DNA of 64,000 nucleotides from Rhizophagus irregularis. Taxonomy: Eukaryota. Shown here one piece after another: positions 1 through 14,060 of the stretch. How positions within the stretch are numbered: position 1 is the first letter of the stretch; every line of letters starts with the position of its first letter. A model generated the notes under the pieces. That model was not told the DNA's origin and did not search any database. It was given only the letters and a program-made list of their open reading frames with translations. The translations under genes and the position numbers were made by a program. Where the stretch lies: assembly GCF_026210795.1 (NCBI RefSeq), contig NC_089434.1, forward strand, positions 4,340,001-4,404,000, written 5' to 3'.

Positions 1-1759
1 GTCAATGTAACTTCACGTCATTATCTTTCGTGACAGCTAAAAAAGTGATTTCTTCCGCGGATATACTCTTTATTCTCTCTGGTCTAAAGATGGATAAAAC
101 ATAATTCTACAGTACATAGCCTTTGCGAATGCTCCATCAGATTTTTGCCCACTGTCTTGTAGCTCATTATCAAATAGAAACACTTTTTCTTTAAAATTAT
201 TTCATTGCATTGGGTTGAAACCACACTATCGGTAAGTTGACTATTTCATTCTCTTGTCATGTTGATAATTGATACGAACGGGTTGGAAAAAAAAGTTTAA
301 AATGAATTTTCTTTCCATTTTGATCAATAAAAAATATGTGATATAAATAGAGATAACGTCAAATAGTTAAAAGATATATATTACTGGAACTTGTGAATGT
401 AGAAGTTGTCGGTACATTATAGCAAAAAGAAATCAGAGAACTATTTTGCGTAAAAGAAATTCATTAAAGGTTAGAAAAATGCTACATATAAAAAATTTCT
501 TTAAAAAAACCTATTCCATGTTGTGAAAGCATAATCATGTGGTTATGGTCATGATAATCGGCAAATCTCATTACCCAATATGATAGATAGCGTAGCCATG
601 TACTTTCGTTCTTCACGTTGTTTTGAAATTTCCATAATGGACATACCTTTCACCTTTAAAATAACTACAAAGCCTAGTAAATAAAAGAAATTTTATGTTA
701 ATTTTTTTAAATACTATAATTTCGTAGTTAGCGCTTTTGTTCAAATCAAAATCAGCAGGTGCGAAAAACTTTGGATTAACTCCAGAATCAAAAGAAATAC
801 CTCAAAAGTAAATAAAGAATTTTACTTGGTAAAGCCTTTATGATTTCGTCACGAGGATCATGTTGCATTATAGCCTTCGTATGTTAAGGTCAGAAAGATG
901 TAACTTATTCTAATGAGGATCAGCTGTTAAAAGTTCGTTAGAACTAGATAGAACTGGTTAGAACTGATTAAATTTCTCCCAAGACTCAAAAATCAAAAGC
1001 CTCTAAATCTAAAGCTTAAGAAACTTTCCGATACAATTACTTCAGTCGTTTCACCTGCCTCATCTAAACCGCGCAATTATTGGCAGAACATATCGCAAAG
1101 ATCTCGGAGATTAAGTGGCAATCAAAATCTCTTGAAAGATTTAGATAGTAGTTCAAATTTAATGGCTTCATTGTTAACTACCGGAATTAGTAAAACATCA
1201 TTATACAAATACAAGGGTACAACTGAAGGTGATTGAGTTTAATGCTAGTTGGTACTCAGAACGAAAAATTTTGTCCTTTAACAAAATATCACTACCTACA
1301 AAGCTTCGAGTACAAATGAGACTACAAAAAAAACACATCTTAAGGGATTAAATCGATGATATACTTGCTGGTGATCATGGTATCGCTAAACTAATTCAAT
1401 TGACCAAGAAAATAAGTAACCGTCGTTTGCATCTGTAATGACATCAACGTTCAAAAACTCAAACGTTGGGCTCTATTGCCGTAAGGTGAAGTTCAGGATA
1501 CCTCAAATGAACAAGTCAGATCAAGAATTATAAGAAAGAATTTACAAATTCAATTTAACAAATATGAAACGATCTCATAGGGAAGCTAATTGTGAATTAA
1601 TCGTCTTAAATTTGTTGCCAAAGTTATTTTTGAAAAATTTGCAACTATAGGATCTTTTGTAAAGCTGCTGATGCAATATCTTACTGAAATATAGTTGACA
1701 AGAATTTCTTTCTATTGTGCCTGCATGGTTATAGTAAAGGAGGTGTAATATCTTAATGA

Positions 1760-3780
1760 AGATCAAGAGTGTTTTGCGTGTAACGAGGAAAATAATTTGA
1801 TGTATTTTTTTCTTTCTTATCTTGTGTAGTTAGGGAATATGTGAAAATATGTGTTGATAGGTAGCGTATAATAGAGTGTGTGAAGGAATGTCAAATTTTC
1901 TATGAAGTGTTTAGTGTAGGACGAGTATTATTATTTGATGTGTTTGTAGTTAAAAGAGATTGGAGGGTTTACGAGTTGATGGGTAGCATATAATAGAGTA
2001 TGTTCTATTTATTCCCTGATTATATAATGTGGAAAGAACGAGATCGGTAGTGTTTGATGTGTAACATCGATTATTATTCGATGTATTTTTTCTTTTTTTT
2101 GTCTTCTATAGTTAGGGAAGATGAAAAAATACTGTATATGAGTTGATGGATAGTATATAGTAGGATCGTTCTGTTTATTTTTTTTGTCTTGTAGGGAACG
2201 TTAAATTCCTTATTGATGAAATTGAGATCAAAAATGTTTGATGTGCAACAAGAATTATTATTTGATGTATTTGTAGTTAAGGAGCTGTAGTATTAGTGCT
2301 GGAAATTCTTATGAAGTTGAGATCAAGTTTTCTGACGTGTGACGAAGAATATTATTTGATGTATTTTTTCCTTTTATCTTGTGTTATTAAAGTAGATGGA
2401 AAAATATGAGTTGATGGATATTGTATATATGGATAAATATATAATAAGATGTGATCTATTTATTTCTTTGACGGAGGGACGTTAAATTCTTTATTGACGA
2501 AGTTGAAATCAAGAGTGTTTGGTGTGCGACGAGGACTATTATTTGATGTATTTGCCGTTGAAGGAGATGGCGAAGGTGTATAAGTTGGTGAAGGTGTATG
2601 AGTTGGTGGATAGCGTATAATTGAGGTATGTCATGTATGTAGTTTTTATGTCTTAGCTTGGAACGCTATTTTTTATGAAGTCGAGATCAAGTGTTTGTGG
2701 AACGAAAATTACAGTATTATTTGGTGTATGTTGTTCTTTTTTACTATTAAATTTCTTATTGATGAAGTTGAGATCAAGAGTGTTTAGTGTGTAATGAGAA
2801 TTATTGTGATATTTTTTTTTTGTCGTAGATAAAGAAAATACTTAGATTGATGGTAAATGATTAGGGTGAGACGTCGCCTAATTAATCAAAACTATGTCAG
2901 CAACATTGATTATTTTACTATAATCAGATTTTATACTATGCAAAACTATAAAATTTATTAAATAAACAAATAAAACTCAAGACTCTAAAAATTTCTTGCA
3001 AATATTGTGTACATTTTTCAACTTTCTTTTGGTTGAAAACTGTTCTTAAGAACCATCTCGAAGTAATTACGTTTTTTTTTTTACAAAGGTTTTAAAAATG
3101 ATTTGATATATTTGCTTAAAAGAAAATTTGAACTAATAAAGCACCGAATCTCTAAAGTTTATATGATAAAGAGAAATATTTGAACGTAACTTTGTTCTTA
3201 AACCATCTATAGACTTGTCATAAAAATTTGAAGGTAAACCCATGTTTTCATCATGCGGTGAAACATTTTAAAATGCGTCAATTGTATTATGATGCTATTC
3301 AGGAAAATATTGAAGATGATTGTGAAAAAAAAGCAAACATATTATTTGATAATTTATTTGGTCAAAAATAATTTAATTTTACGTTAAAAGTGATCATTTA
3401 AAATTTGCTTAACGGACAAATTTAAAAATTTAAAAAAAATTGATCCGTGTAGTAAAATAATCAATGTTGCTGACATAGCTTTGATTAATTATAGTAAATG
3501 ATGGTAGTGTGGTCATTCCGGTCACGTGATTTATATGAACGTGTTAGATCAAGAATGTTTGGTTTGTAACGGGAATTATTATTTAATGTATTGATTTCTT
3601 TTTTATATATCTAGCTAGAGAAGATAGGAAAATATACGAGTTAATGGATAGTGATCTATTTATTTTTTAGTCATGTAGTGTGGAAGGAACGTCAAATTCC
3701 TTATTGAAGTTGGGATCAAGGTGTTTTGAGTATAACAATAATTATTGTTTGACGTTTTTTTTCTTTTTTATCGTGTGGGT
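1760..3780 (-). repeat. Degenerate repeat region, possibly a decayed LRR-type coding sequence
   Basis: Recurrent motif gaagttgagatcaagagtgtttg(a/g)tgtg..ga..attattatttgatgt; its reverse complement can be read as NTLDLNF (LxxLxL-like). No intact ORF. Confidence 0.3.
2862..3493. mobile_element. Non-autonomous foldback/MITE-like element
   Basis: taattaatcaaaactatgtcagcaacattgattattttacta (from 2879) is inverted at ~3450-3491; direct repeat gtaaatgat at 2853-2861 and 3494-3502 looks like a target-site duplication. Confidence 0.6.
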
Positions 3781-4325
3781 ATATGAATTGAAAGTGGTGT
3801 ATTAATGAAGAGAGATTAAGAAATAGACTATGTGAAAGATTTTCTTAAGTTAAAATTATTGTATTATCTGTTTTTGTTGTTCTATCAACATGAAAATAAT
3901 AAAAAATATTTGAATAAGAATGTAGGGAATATAAATTAGTGTGAATTGGAATTGTTCATTCATATTAAAGGCCGTATCAATTTAGAAGTTTATTACCCTA
4001 AATTCATAATATATTCAATATCTTAATGATCTTTAAAAATTATGATAGTTTTCGTGTATAAGTTAATTGATATTTAAATAATCCAAGATCACAATGGTGG
4101 TACTACAGTATTAGTATAAATATTTAAAGTAAATTTAGATTTTGTGCTTTATGCACCCCAGCATATTTTTTTTGTGTGCAAATTTTATAAGTTTATTTGT
4201 CGGATATTTGTGATCATCACATGATTTATCCAAACTTTTAATAAGCTTTTATAAGCTCCATTTTTCTTTCCCACGCTCTCCTTATTATCTTTCTTTTCTC
4301 TCGTTTATTTTTTACGGCTTTAACA

Positions 4326-4690
4326 ATGTCAATGAGTGATATTGAATCTATGTCAAGTGATTGCTCTGATAGTGACCTTTTACTGAAGAATTTCTTGAGA
4401 ATATTCCAGATGACAGTGACTTAAGTGATAATGAAGTCTGCCTTGATAACACTGCGGAAACATATACAAAGAATTAGACCAGCCTAATAATAAGAATAAC
4501 CTATCAGAATTTGATCAGGAAAATGTTAGAAATCCCGTGATAGACATCCAAAGGGAAGACCTTTATGACTCTAATAAAATCACTAATGGGCGGACTCAAA
4601 ATAAATGTAGTTATTGTAATAATAAAGGACATATTCATGCTACTTGTCCGTCAAATCACTGTCAAAAGAAAAAAAAGAATGATGAATAAA
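4326..4690 (+). pseudogene. Transposase-like remnant: acidic N-terminus and terminal CCHC zinc knuckle
   Basis: Broken frames give MSMSDIESMSSD... and GRTQNKCSYCNNKGHIHATCPSNH; no catalytic core seen. Confidence 0.4.
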
Positions 4691-4727
4691 AATTCTAATT
4701 GGTAAGTCATTATGAGTTAGCGCTGGC

Positions 4728-4935
4728 TTAGGGTTAGGGAGTTGGTTTAGGGTTAGGAGTTGGCTTTATTAACTTAGGGTTAGGGGGTCAGTGATGGTTG
4801 GTTTAGGAAAAAAAATGTTAATTCTAATCTTTCTTTTTAATTATGTAGGATTTTGCGTTAACTTAGGGTTATGCATTAGCTTCGGGTCTAGGAAGTGGTC
4901 TAGGAGTTGGCTTAAGTTTAGACATTGGCTTAGAA
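4728..4935 (+). repeat. Degenerate interstitial TTAGGG-like repeats
   Basis: ttagggttagggagttggtttagggttaggagttgg...ttagggttagggg, with further variants to ~4935. Confidence 0.6.
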
Positions 4936-5197
4936 TATTAACAGATTCAGGAAAAAATGAGTTTTTGCCTTTCACTTTTATATAGGATTGTTAATTGACA
5001 TTTATGAAAATAAATCGTTAACTTATCATTGTTTTAATTATAGATATTGTAGTCGCAATATTTAAAGTTTCATTTTATCGATAATTGTATTATTATTAGG
5101 GATACGTAATAAAAAAATATGTGCACTCAGATAAATTTTATAAATTTTAATAAAATTTCATATAATGCGTAAAATTGTAAATTTTTTATAATAAATT

Positions 5198-6296
5198 TCA
5201 AATCTCCTGTTTTTCAAAATACCCTTGAACCCGTTTCTTTTTTTTCGACGGTTCCCTCTCAACCTCTAACCTATCCTTCAGTAACCCAACAATGACCTCC
5301 ATCACCTGCTTCACGTTTTTACACAACTCCTTTTCGGCCTCCGAATTCTCATTCAAGGCAGATCTGACAAGCCGGATGTTGAGTGGATCTTGACTTGTGC
5401 AGGAAATTTTTCCCGTAGTATAAAGGATAAAATACCACTCAGTGGCCGTTGTGACAATTCCATAGATATAGTCGAAGTTATCCTCGAGGGTTTTACGTTT
5501 CTTCTTGTTAACTTGCAAAGCACTCTCGCATTGGATCAGATTCTGAGCGAAGCTAATGTTCACCTGATATGATTTCCCTTCCGTGATGCAGATAAGCTCT
5601 TCAAGAGCCTTGATCGCATAATCGACATGACTGGTACTTTCTTCACCAATGACTTCAAAGTGGGTTCCAAGATAAGGTCCTTTTTAGTTACTCTCTTAAC
5701 AATATGCAGCGAAGCATGGAGGATTACTGAAATATATTCACATCGCATGGCTTCGTTACTATCTGCTACAACACTCCCCATATTACTCAATCGTCGCTTT
5801 AATTCCCTTATGCATTGTTTCAATTCCTTGTCTTCATTTTCGAGTGAATATGTTTCTTTGCAAATGGAACGAAATAGTTAGTATGCATATAATACTTCTG
5901 GGTCGCAAATGTAATACTTACTTGGCGGAAATTGACTAATTGCTCCTATCCCGTTACCATCGATCCCATACTTTCGCAACACCTCACTTAAATCCTTCTT
6001 AGTCTTGTACGAGGAGAAGGCCCTCAACTTTCTTTCCTTACACTCCTTGGCAAATTCTACGAGCGTTGTTGCAGGTCCCAATTTCATTCCATGTCGTTCG
6101 AGTTCGTCTTTGGTTATCTTGAAGAAGGTACGGCCATTAACCCTTTGCTTACGAATTATTTCCAAATCCTCTTCTACAAGTTCAAAGTTCTGCAACTGCA
6201 AGAACGAGATAAGTTCAGTCGTTTTATATGTTTAATTTCTTCCGCTAGTGCAAAAGGGTCAGTAACAGAAGTGGTGGAAACTGGGGTATCTGACAT
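5198..6296 (-). pseudogene. SAM-like N-terminus plus Crinkler-type restriction-endonuclease-fold C-terminus, frameshifted
   Basis: ATG at 6294-6296 (MSDTPVSTTS); SAM-like VNGRTFFKITKDELERHGMKLGP; gtaagt donor near 5920; VDYAIKALEELICITEG, FAQNLIQCESA and YGIVTTATEWYF motifs are spread over different frames. Confidence 0.7.
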
Positions 6297-6357
6297 AGTA
6301 ATTTGTTTTTTTATTTGGTTTTGGGCCTGGAATAAATAATGAAAAAGTATCAGCCGC

Positions 6358-7780
6358 CGTTTATCAACATTATCTCAGAATTTTCTTGAAATGTTAGATG
6401 ATGATAAATATTGTGATATTACTTTCGAAGTTGGCAATGACCCTTACATAAAAGTTTTTCATGTTCATATGGTTATTTTAAATTATCGTTCTCCTTATTT
6501 TCGAAAAATTTTATCAACTGACATTAATAAAGATGAAAATGACGGAGGCTTACCATACCAAATATTCGACCGGAAAATTTCGAAACAATATTGAGGTAAG
6601 AGAAATAATAAATTATGACGACTTTTTTTGTTTAAAAATAAACACCATATTGAATTTTTTTCATTTTAGATATATCTATGGAGGGAGAATTTCTTTAGAG
6701 GAATATAATACTTCGGATATCATTAAAATTTTAGTTGTTTCCAGCGAACTAGGTCTTAAAGAATTAATCGATCATTTACAATTGTTTTTGATTGAAAATA
6801 AAGAAGATTGGATGAAACAAAATTTTAACCTGATATATAAAACAAGCTTTGAAAATGATTCTTTCTTGGAATTACAAAATTTTTGTACTTAAAAATCCCA
6901 AAAAATTTTTAATTTAATCGATTTTCCTTCACTTTCAGAAAAATGTTTGTACAACATTTTCAGCGTGATAATTTTCAGCAATTGAATGCTTTTAAAGTTT
7001 GGGAAAATATACTTAAATGGATTATTGCTCAATTCCCAAACCTTCCTTCGAATCCTTCTTTATATTTTAAAGATGATGTCAATGTATTTTGCAACGATTT
7101 ATTATATATATTAAATTCTTTAATTTGAATTATAATGAATTTATAACTAAAGTTTATCCGTATAGAAAGATTTTATCAAAAGATTTACGTGAAAGTTTAG
7201 TCAATCATTTTATTAAAAATCCAAAACCAAAAATTACTAAAGAAATTAGATCAGAAAGTATTGATTCAAACATCATCACAATCCAACATGTTGAATTAAT
7301 CTCTAGGTGGATTGATAAATTAAGAGTTACCGACAAAACAAAAAATGTGTATGAGTTTAATTTAATTCTTCGTGGATCACGTGATGGATTTTCTCCTAGT
7401 AAATTTCATGAGATTTGTGATAATAAATATCATACAATTTCAATTATTAAAGTGAAAGATAGTGATGAAATTCTTGGAGGATATAATCCGGAAATGTGGA
7501 AATCTAATTTTAGTGATAGCAATACTAATGATAGTTTTATATTCTCATTTAAGAATAAAGAGAATATTGAAGATTATATTTTAAGTCGAGTATGAAAGTT
7601 ATGCTATATGTAATAGCGTTAACATGGGTCCTTCATTTGTGGTGGTGATCTTAATTTGTATGGAGACAATTGTTATTGTCAGAGTAATTGCTATAAATTT
7701 GATTATGAAGAATCAATTAGAGATACCGAAGATTTCTTTTCTGTAGAAGAAATCGAAATATTTCAAATTATGAAGATTAA
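6358..7780 (+). pseudogene. BTB/POZ-BACK-TLDc protein, 5'-truncated and frameshifted
   Basis: LSQNFLEMLDDDKYCDITFEVG..HMVILNYRSPYF (BTB), intron from ~6596, YIYGGRISL, then TLDc LILRGSRDGFSPSKFHEICD..ILGGYNP..DSFIFSF; several frame breaks and stops. Confidence 0.85.
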
Positions 7781-9691
7781 TTGAGAAAAATTTAAAGAAT
7801 ATTTTTGTGAAAATTATCATGTATATATTCTTTATTTTTAAAAATAAAAAGATGAAACTATTACATATTTTTGCAAAATAATTTTTTAATTATATAACCA
7901 TAATTTAATATTATTGCTAGTGTGATAATGTATCAGCAACATATTAACTCTTTGGAAGCCAATGACGTTAAGAATCTTTATATGATATTATACAAATTGG
8001 ATGGATAAATAAATAAATTATATAATTGTAAATTGCTTTAAATTGTTATTATAATTCTAGTTTTTTACGCATTACCGTATGACTTACGTATGAATCTTTG
8101 GATATCAATCTAATTTATTTTTATCATAGTTCTGAAAAGTTTTAAACGATGAAAAAAAGGTCTTTTACGTATTAATATTCATTAAACATTATTTAATTCA
8201 ATTAATAATTTCATATGAGCGGTTTTAAACATTACAGACGTAATATATTGTATAAAAAAAAATTCAAATAACTAATAGAAGACTAAAATGAGAAAAGTAA
8301 AGGTATATTTATACTTTTTACAAGTAAATTTATTGTTCATAAATAATGCGGGGATAGTTTATGTATTCTATTTAGTTACGAGGAGATCAAAATTATATTT
8401 AGTTATAATTATTGCGTTCAAAAGTTTTTTTTTTACAATAACTCTAAGAAATTCTAATTTAATACAATATAGACGTAAAATATCTAGTCAATAAAGTAAC
8501 TTAACTAGACTACAAATCAAATAAGAAATTTCTAGAGTAATAAATACAGAAATACAGAAAATTATAAATCCGACAACTCTACCGATGTCCAAACACCTCA
8601 CTATATCCTAACTATCAAATACAAATCGATCTTTTGACGTGTTGATTAATTCTGCCATCTCGAATTAAAGTACGATATCCTTTACTAGATCGTTTGTAAT
8701 AAATACCATTACTTCTTTCCCAAATATTCATTTCTTCGCATCGTAATACCCAAATATATGTTTTACTCCGTTCGCAAGTTTATTGTTGTGTGACAAAAAA
8801 AACAAAATTTTTTTTTAAATAAAAATAAAAAAGTATTAAAATAATTTTTCATAATCATTTCCCCGAAAGCAATGTCGCCGAAGCCATTTCGCCGAAGGGA
8901 TGTTTCACTGAAGGGAAAGGACGTTTCGCTGAAAGTGCATTTTATCAATTCCTTCTCAACGATTGAATACTTACTAATCATTTTCTGGCTTGAAGTTTTA
9001 ATTTCCAAGCCGACAAACGATTGGAATGTGGAAACCAAGATCCAATTTCACCTTGTTCTTTTATACAAATGGAATTAAAGGAAATATGTAATCGTATAAT
9101 ATAATAATTATAATTATATATTTAAAAATTGTTGAATACTTACTAGCCACTTTCCGGTCTGAAGTATAACTTCCAAGACGATAAAGGCTTGAAATGTGGA
9201 AAAGGACCTCATTATACCTTGTTATTCTATACAAATTTACATATTAACAGTCAATTTAAATTATACAGTTATTTATGGTTTTGACAATAAATCTTCACAA
9301 TTAAAATAAAAAGCCATTACATCAACTTTTTATACAATGAAAACAATGAAAACTAATGATTGACATGATATAAATGGAAATAGACATTAATATGTAATCG
9401 AATAATAATTATATTTAGTAGTATAGTTACTTAGTATTTCGGCTTGAAGTAATAGGATTAACGGTGGCATTTGTATATTTCAAATTTAAAATAATGTGCG
9501 GGACGTGCATTTGTGCAGTATTTTGTGCATAATCATAAAATTTGGCAAATTTATCGTTCTTGACCCACTACGTGGCGGTCGTGGCGCTAACATAACCCGC
9601 ATACAATAAGGGGTCAAGATGATGCCCAAGGTTAAGTTCAATACTTTTGCGTAAACAAGCATAACAAACAATAAACAACGAATATAACGTA

Positions 9692-10641
9692 CAGTGGCCT
9701 ACAAAAAGTCAGTGAGTACCTGTAAAATACAATAATCATTATGCAAATATGCTCCAATGTAAAGTTTTTTTTTATTAATTGACCCACCTTTTGTATTATA
9801 AGTAAAGTTGATCACCAAGTTGAATTACACCTACTCTGAAAATTACACGAACTTCTAATTAAAATTGATTTTTGTATTTAAAATTTATTGGAAAAAAATT
9901 AGATTTTTAATAGAAATCTTTTAGTATTAATACAACGATAAACTAACTTATTTGATCATATTTTATTTTTTAAATAAATTATTTTCCATAATTTATAACA
10001 TTATATGAAGTATCTATCATCAGTATTAACGCAATGATCAGCAAGTTACAACATTTTTACTGGCATTTGCCGATCATTTGTAGATCACTACCAGATTATT
10101 TACCGGAATTTAGCAAAACTAGTGCATTAAATTTAGCCAAATTTTTTTTGTATGAATGTTGGAAATTTTGACTATTTGTTTCTAACTTTTTTATTATAAT
10201 CATAATATAAGATCATGATTTATTCTTTATTTAACAATTTACAAATAATTAATAGATGCCAAATATCTTTGCCAAATGTGTGTAACTTGCTAATTATTTT
10301 GTTAATGTTGATGATACTTCGTGATCATTATGCTGTAAATTATGACAAATAATTTTATTAAAAAAAAATTAAGTGTTTTAAAGCAAATATTTTAATGCTA
10401 AATTATTACCATAGATTTCCATTAAAATATCTAAATATTTTAATAAATTTCAAAATATAACAATTAATTTTAATCAGAAATTCATGTAATTTTCAGAGTA
10501 AGCATAATTCAACTTGGTAATCAACTTAACTTATAATACAAAAGGTGAGTCAATTAATAAAAAAAAAACTTTACATTGGAGCATATTTGTGTAATGATTA
10601 TTATATTTTACGGGTACTCACTGACTTTTTGTAGGCCACTG
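9692..10641. mobile_element. Tc1/mariner-type non-autonomous element with long TIRs
   Basis: TA|cagtggcctacaaaaagtcagtgagtacc ... ggtactcactgactttttgtaggccactg|TA; imperfect inverted similarity extends several hundred bases inward. Confidence 0.9.
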
Positions 10642-11762
10642 TACATATACACAGTATGCGTGACAGTCGTAACACTACATAATAATTTAAATTCTAAAAT
10701 TGAGGGTTACTTGGTTTACGGATTTGTAATAGCAAAAAAATTTTTTTTAACGCTTGCTATATTAATAATGCTAATTTTACGTTCAAGTATTTATAAATAC
10801 AAAAACAATAGTTAGTTGTTTTTCATCAAAGTTTTGGGCTTTTGTTTTTCTTTCTCTGTGCATTAATTTTTGGACAAAAATTGATCTACTTCTGTATCAC
10901 GTTATCAGGAGCTGTGTCACACGTGACATTCAGCCAATAATATCTCAAGTGATTCAAATTTCCGCCGTAACAACGTAAATGAAAATCATCTGTTTCAGGT
11001 GGTTGTATTTAGAATATTTAATAATCAATTATTATAAATTAAAATTGCGAAACAATAAATAGCCTTTTTGACCTTTTCTCAACGGCTAAAGTCTTTTTAC
11101 TATTAATAAATTTATAATAAAATAATATATTAGATTTTTTAATCATCAAGGTTCTGACAATGCATATGAAACATTTTAGACAAGAAACAATATTTATTTA
11201 TGTTACAAAAAAGTCGTCATTGAGGTATTCAGTTGTATAAAATTGTAAACAATAAAATCTATGAAACAGTTATTTCGTTTAATACTCAAGTCGGGTATTA
11301 AACGGATATTAAACGGATATTAATATTTCCTTCCATTTACTAATTCCGTAAAATTATATTTTAAAAATATGAAAGAATCATTTCTTTAAGGAGATTAAAG
11401 AATATTAAGAAAATTTAAATAAAATTTTATTAATTTAATTAATGCATGATTTCACGGTATATTTTACGATATTGAAAATTATATTGAATTTTAGTATCTC
11501 ATAACAAATTACTAAAATATTAACTGAACGGAGTGAGGCATTCTTCATTCTATATAAAATTTATAGAAACATCAACATGAACTAAAATTCATTAATAACA
11601 AGAAATTAAATTCTTTCAATAGGACCCTAAATGAAAAATAAAAACTGTGTTTGGATCAATGTAAAATTTCTTAATTAATACGATATGTCAAACAATAAAA
11701 TATTAATTTTTGACACAAACTGGTTTATTTCCTAATTGAACTCCAAACAAAGCTTCGGACAC

Positions 11763-11896
11763 TCGTATATTACGGGCCATAGTACCCCATGTATAATAAT
11801 ACACTAATTATTTTATAAGTTTTAACCACCCTCTATTAATAGTAAAAATTCGCGTAATACCGAAATTTACGGAGTACTGTGGCCCGCGATATACGG
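11763..11896. mobile_element. Small MITE-like inverted repeat
   Basis: cgtatattacgggccatagtacccc pairs with ggagtactgtggcccgcgatatacgg, followed by TA. Confidence 0.5.
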
Positions 11897-12229
11897 TAAT
11901 TACAGCCAACAGAATATTCTTGTGTGTCAAAATTTCATATGATCAGATTTCATCATAAATGTTACAAAAAATTAAGTACTTTCAATAGAATCTTAAATGG
12001 AAGAGAAAACAAATAAATCATTGCTTATTCGATCAATGATAATCTTTCATTAGATAACATTTATAATAGTAATTTATGACTTAACTAATAAAAATTATAT
12101 AAATATCGATTATTTTCCTGTTAGCTTCGATATTGATTTTTCTTATTATTTATTGTTCATATATCATTTTAAATATATATACCAATATTCCTTTTTATAT
12201 TATTATTTTAGTCTTTATCTCTATTCATA

Positions 12230-13630
12230 ATGGTACAACTAGTTGAAGACGTTCTCTTGCTAATTTTCATCGAATTGCAAAATGATCCCGCTTCCTTATA
12301 TTCATGTATTTTAGTTAATAAAACATGGTGTCGAATAGCTGTACCTATATTATGGAAATATTTTTCCTATGCTTACAAAAACCCTTACAATCATAAACGA
12401 GAATCGCGTGAAAAACTTTACAATGTTATTGCGCATTTCTTACCAAATAGCTCAAAAGATAAATTGGCTAAAAATGACATCAAATTACCCTTAAATCTGA
12501 TTTCAAATATGTTATTGTTTAATTACATGGAATTTTTTACTCGTCTCACATCTGCTTTGATTGAAGATATGGCACGACTTTTAATTAAGGAGAATTCTAA
12601 TTATAAAATAAATTTGGTAGAGAATGAAATTTACAACTTAATTTTTAATAGATGTAAAAATATTAGGCATTTCAATTGGAATACTCAGGCACAATTATAC
12701 TTATGTCCAAATGCAGAAGAATTTTTTTCTAATATACGTTCATTAGAATTTAATTTTTTATTCATAACTCCAGTAATGTTACTTAAACTTGCTGTGATTT
12801 GTCAAAATATAACGGATCTTAAGATACACGATTGTGATGAAGACAGTTTAGATTTGGTTCTATTTATTAAAATGCAAAATAATTTGCGGTCTTTGAGTTT
12901 AAATTTTAATAACAAGGAAGAACAATACATACAATTAAGCAATATTATTGGTCAAAAAGCTGTTTTATTAAAAAAAATTTCATTAGGACCGGTGATTACA
13001 TTAATTCGACCTACGTTTTTTCCATCATTAACATATTTGCAATATTTGTTCCTAAATAATAATGATTGTGATTTATATGAGAGCGTGAACTGGCAAGAAT
13101 GGGAACACTATATAAATATGACCACTTTTCCATATCTTCAATACCTTAAAACTTTATATTTATTAAGTAGTATTGAATGTTTAATAATTGAAAGATCTGG
13201 AGAAAAAATTTTAGAAATTGATGTATACCATCCACTTAAGACCCAGGATTATCCAACTGAAAATAAAAAATTAATTAAAATGATCTCTCTACGTTGTCCA
13301 AAGATAATAAAGTTAACTTTGGACGTTGATCCTGATAATTTAGAAGAAATCAGTAATCTTCTTTCAAATTGTTCATTGTTGGAAAAAATATATTTTACAA
13401 CAAAAAACTATATATATCCTAATGGAGATAAACTACTAAAAATTATGAGCAATAAATCACCTGCTACATTGCGAGAATTTTCATTTGTAGACAAATGGAA
13501 TTTCTCATTAAAAGGATTAGAGTCATTTCTTGAAGATTGGAAAAATAAAAATCAATTTCCAATCAAATTTACTCATTATTACAAGGAATTCCCAAAAAGT
13601 TTTTGTTGGGTTTTTGTAAAAAAAATGTAA
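12230..13630 (+). CDS. F-box domain / LRR (RNI-like) protein
   Basis: 466-aa uninterrupted ORF; F-box LVEDVLLLIFIEL..SLYSCILVNKTWCRIAVPILW followed by LxxLxL repeats. Confidence 0.85.
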   Translation: MVQLVEDVLLLIFIELQNDPASLYSCILVNKTWCRIAVPILWKYFSYAYKNPYNHKRESREKLYNVIAHFLPNSSKDKLAKNDIKLPLNLISNMLLFNYMEFFTRLTSALIEDMARLLIKENSNYKINLVENEIYNLIFNRCKNIRHFNWNTQAQLYLCPNAEEFFSNIRSLEFNFLFITPVMLLKLAVICQNITDLKIHDCDEDSLDLVLFIKMQNNLRSLSLNFNNKEEQYIQLSNIIGQKAVLLKKISLGPVITLIRPTFFPSLTYLQYLFLNNNDCDLYESVNWQEWEHYINMTTFPYLQYLKTLYLLSSIECLIIERSGEKILEIDVYHPLKTQDYPTENKKLIKMISLRCPKIIKLTLDVDPDNLEEISNLLSNCSLLEKIYFTTKNYIYPNGDKLLKIMSNKSPATLREFSFVDKWNFSLKGLESFLEDWKNKNQFPIKFTHYYKEFPKSFCWVFVKKM

Positions 13631-13879
13631 GATAAATTAATATAACAAATTTAGTACAATTATAAAATGTTTTCGTATGGCATTTAAAATAAATTTGTTA
13701 CAAATATGCATTAGCATTTGATTTTGCACTTTATATTGCGTTTTTGGTTCATTCTTCCAAATTTGAGTATTGTAGTTCCATGGAAATCAAAGACTAATTT
13801 GCATACTTGGAATTACATTCAAATAATGAATCTAAATAAAATGCATTTATAATGGATCAAATTATTTCATTCTAATTTA

Positions 13880-14060
13880 AGAAAAAAGAAGAATGGAAAT
13901 TTCATTTTTAAGAAATATTTTCAGAATTTATGTGGAAAGATTAATTTAAATGTTGAAAATGCTTCAGGTGTTTTGACTTTATTAACAACAGCAAATGAAT
14001 TTGAATTATATTCACTTGTTAAGAATTTTTAATTATATGATAATCAAAAAGAATTTATTA
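13880..14060 (+). pseudogene. Short BTB-domain gene fragment
   Basis: Translates to LCGKINLNVENASGVLTLLTTANEFEL, resembling the BTB segment of the 6.4-kb gene family. Confidence 0.35.

Noticed and set aside
640..1570. Coding-like composition
   Set aside because: No sustained frame or recognisable motif; possibly a decayed gene but unsupported.
8860..9450. Possible MITE with ttcgccgaa-like subrepeats and an internal ~170-bp duplication
   Set aside because: I could not define TIRs or a TSD.
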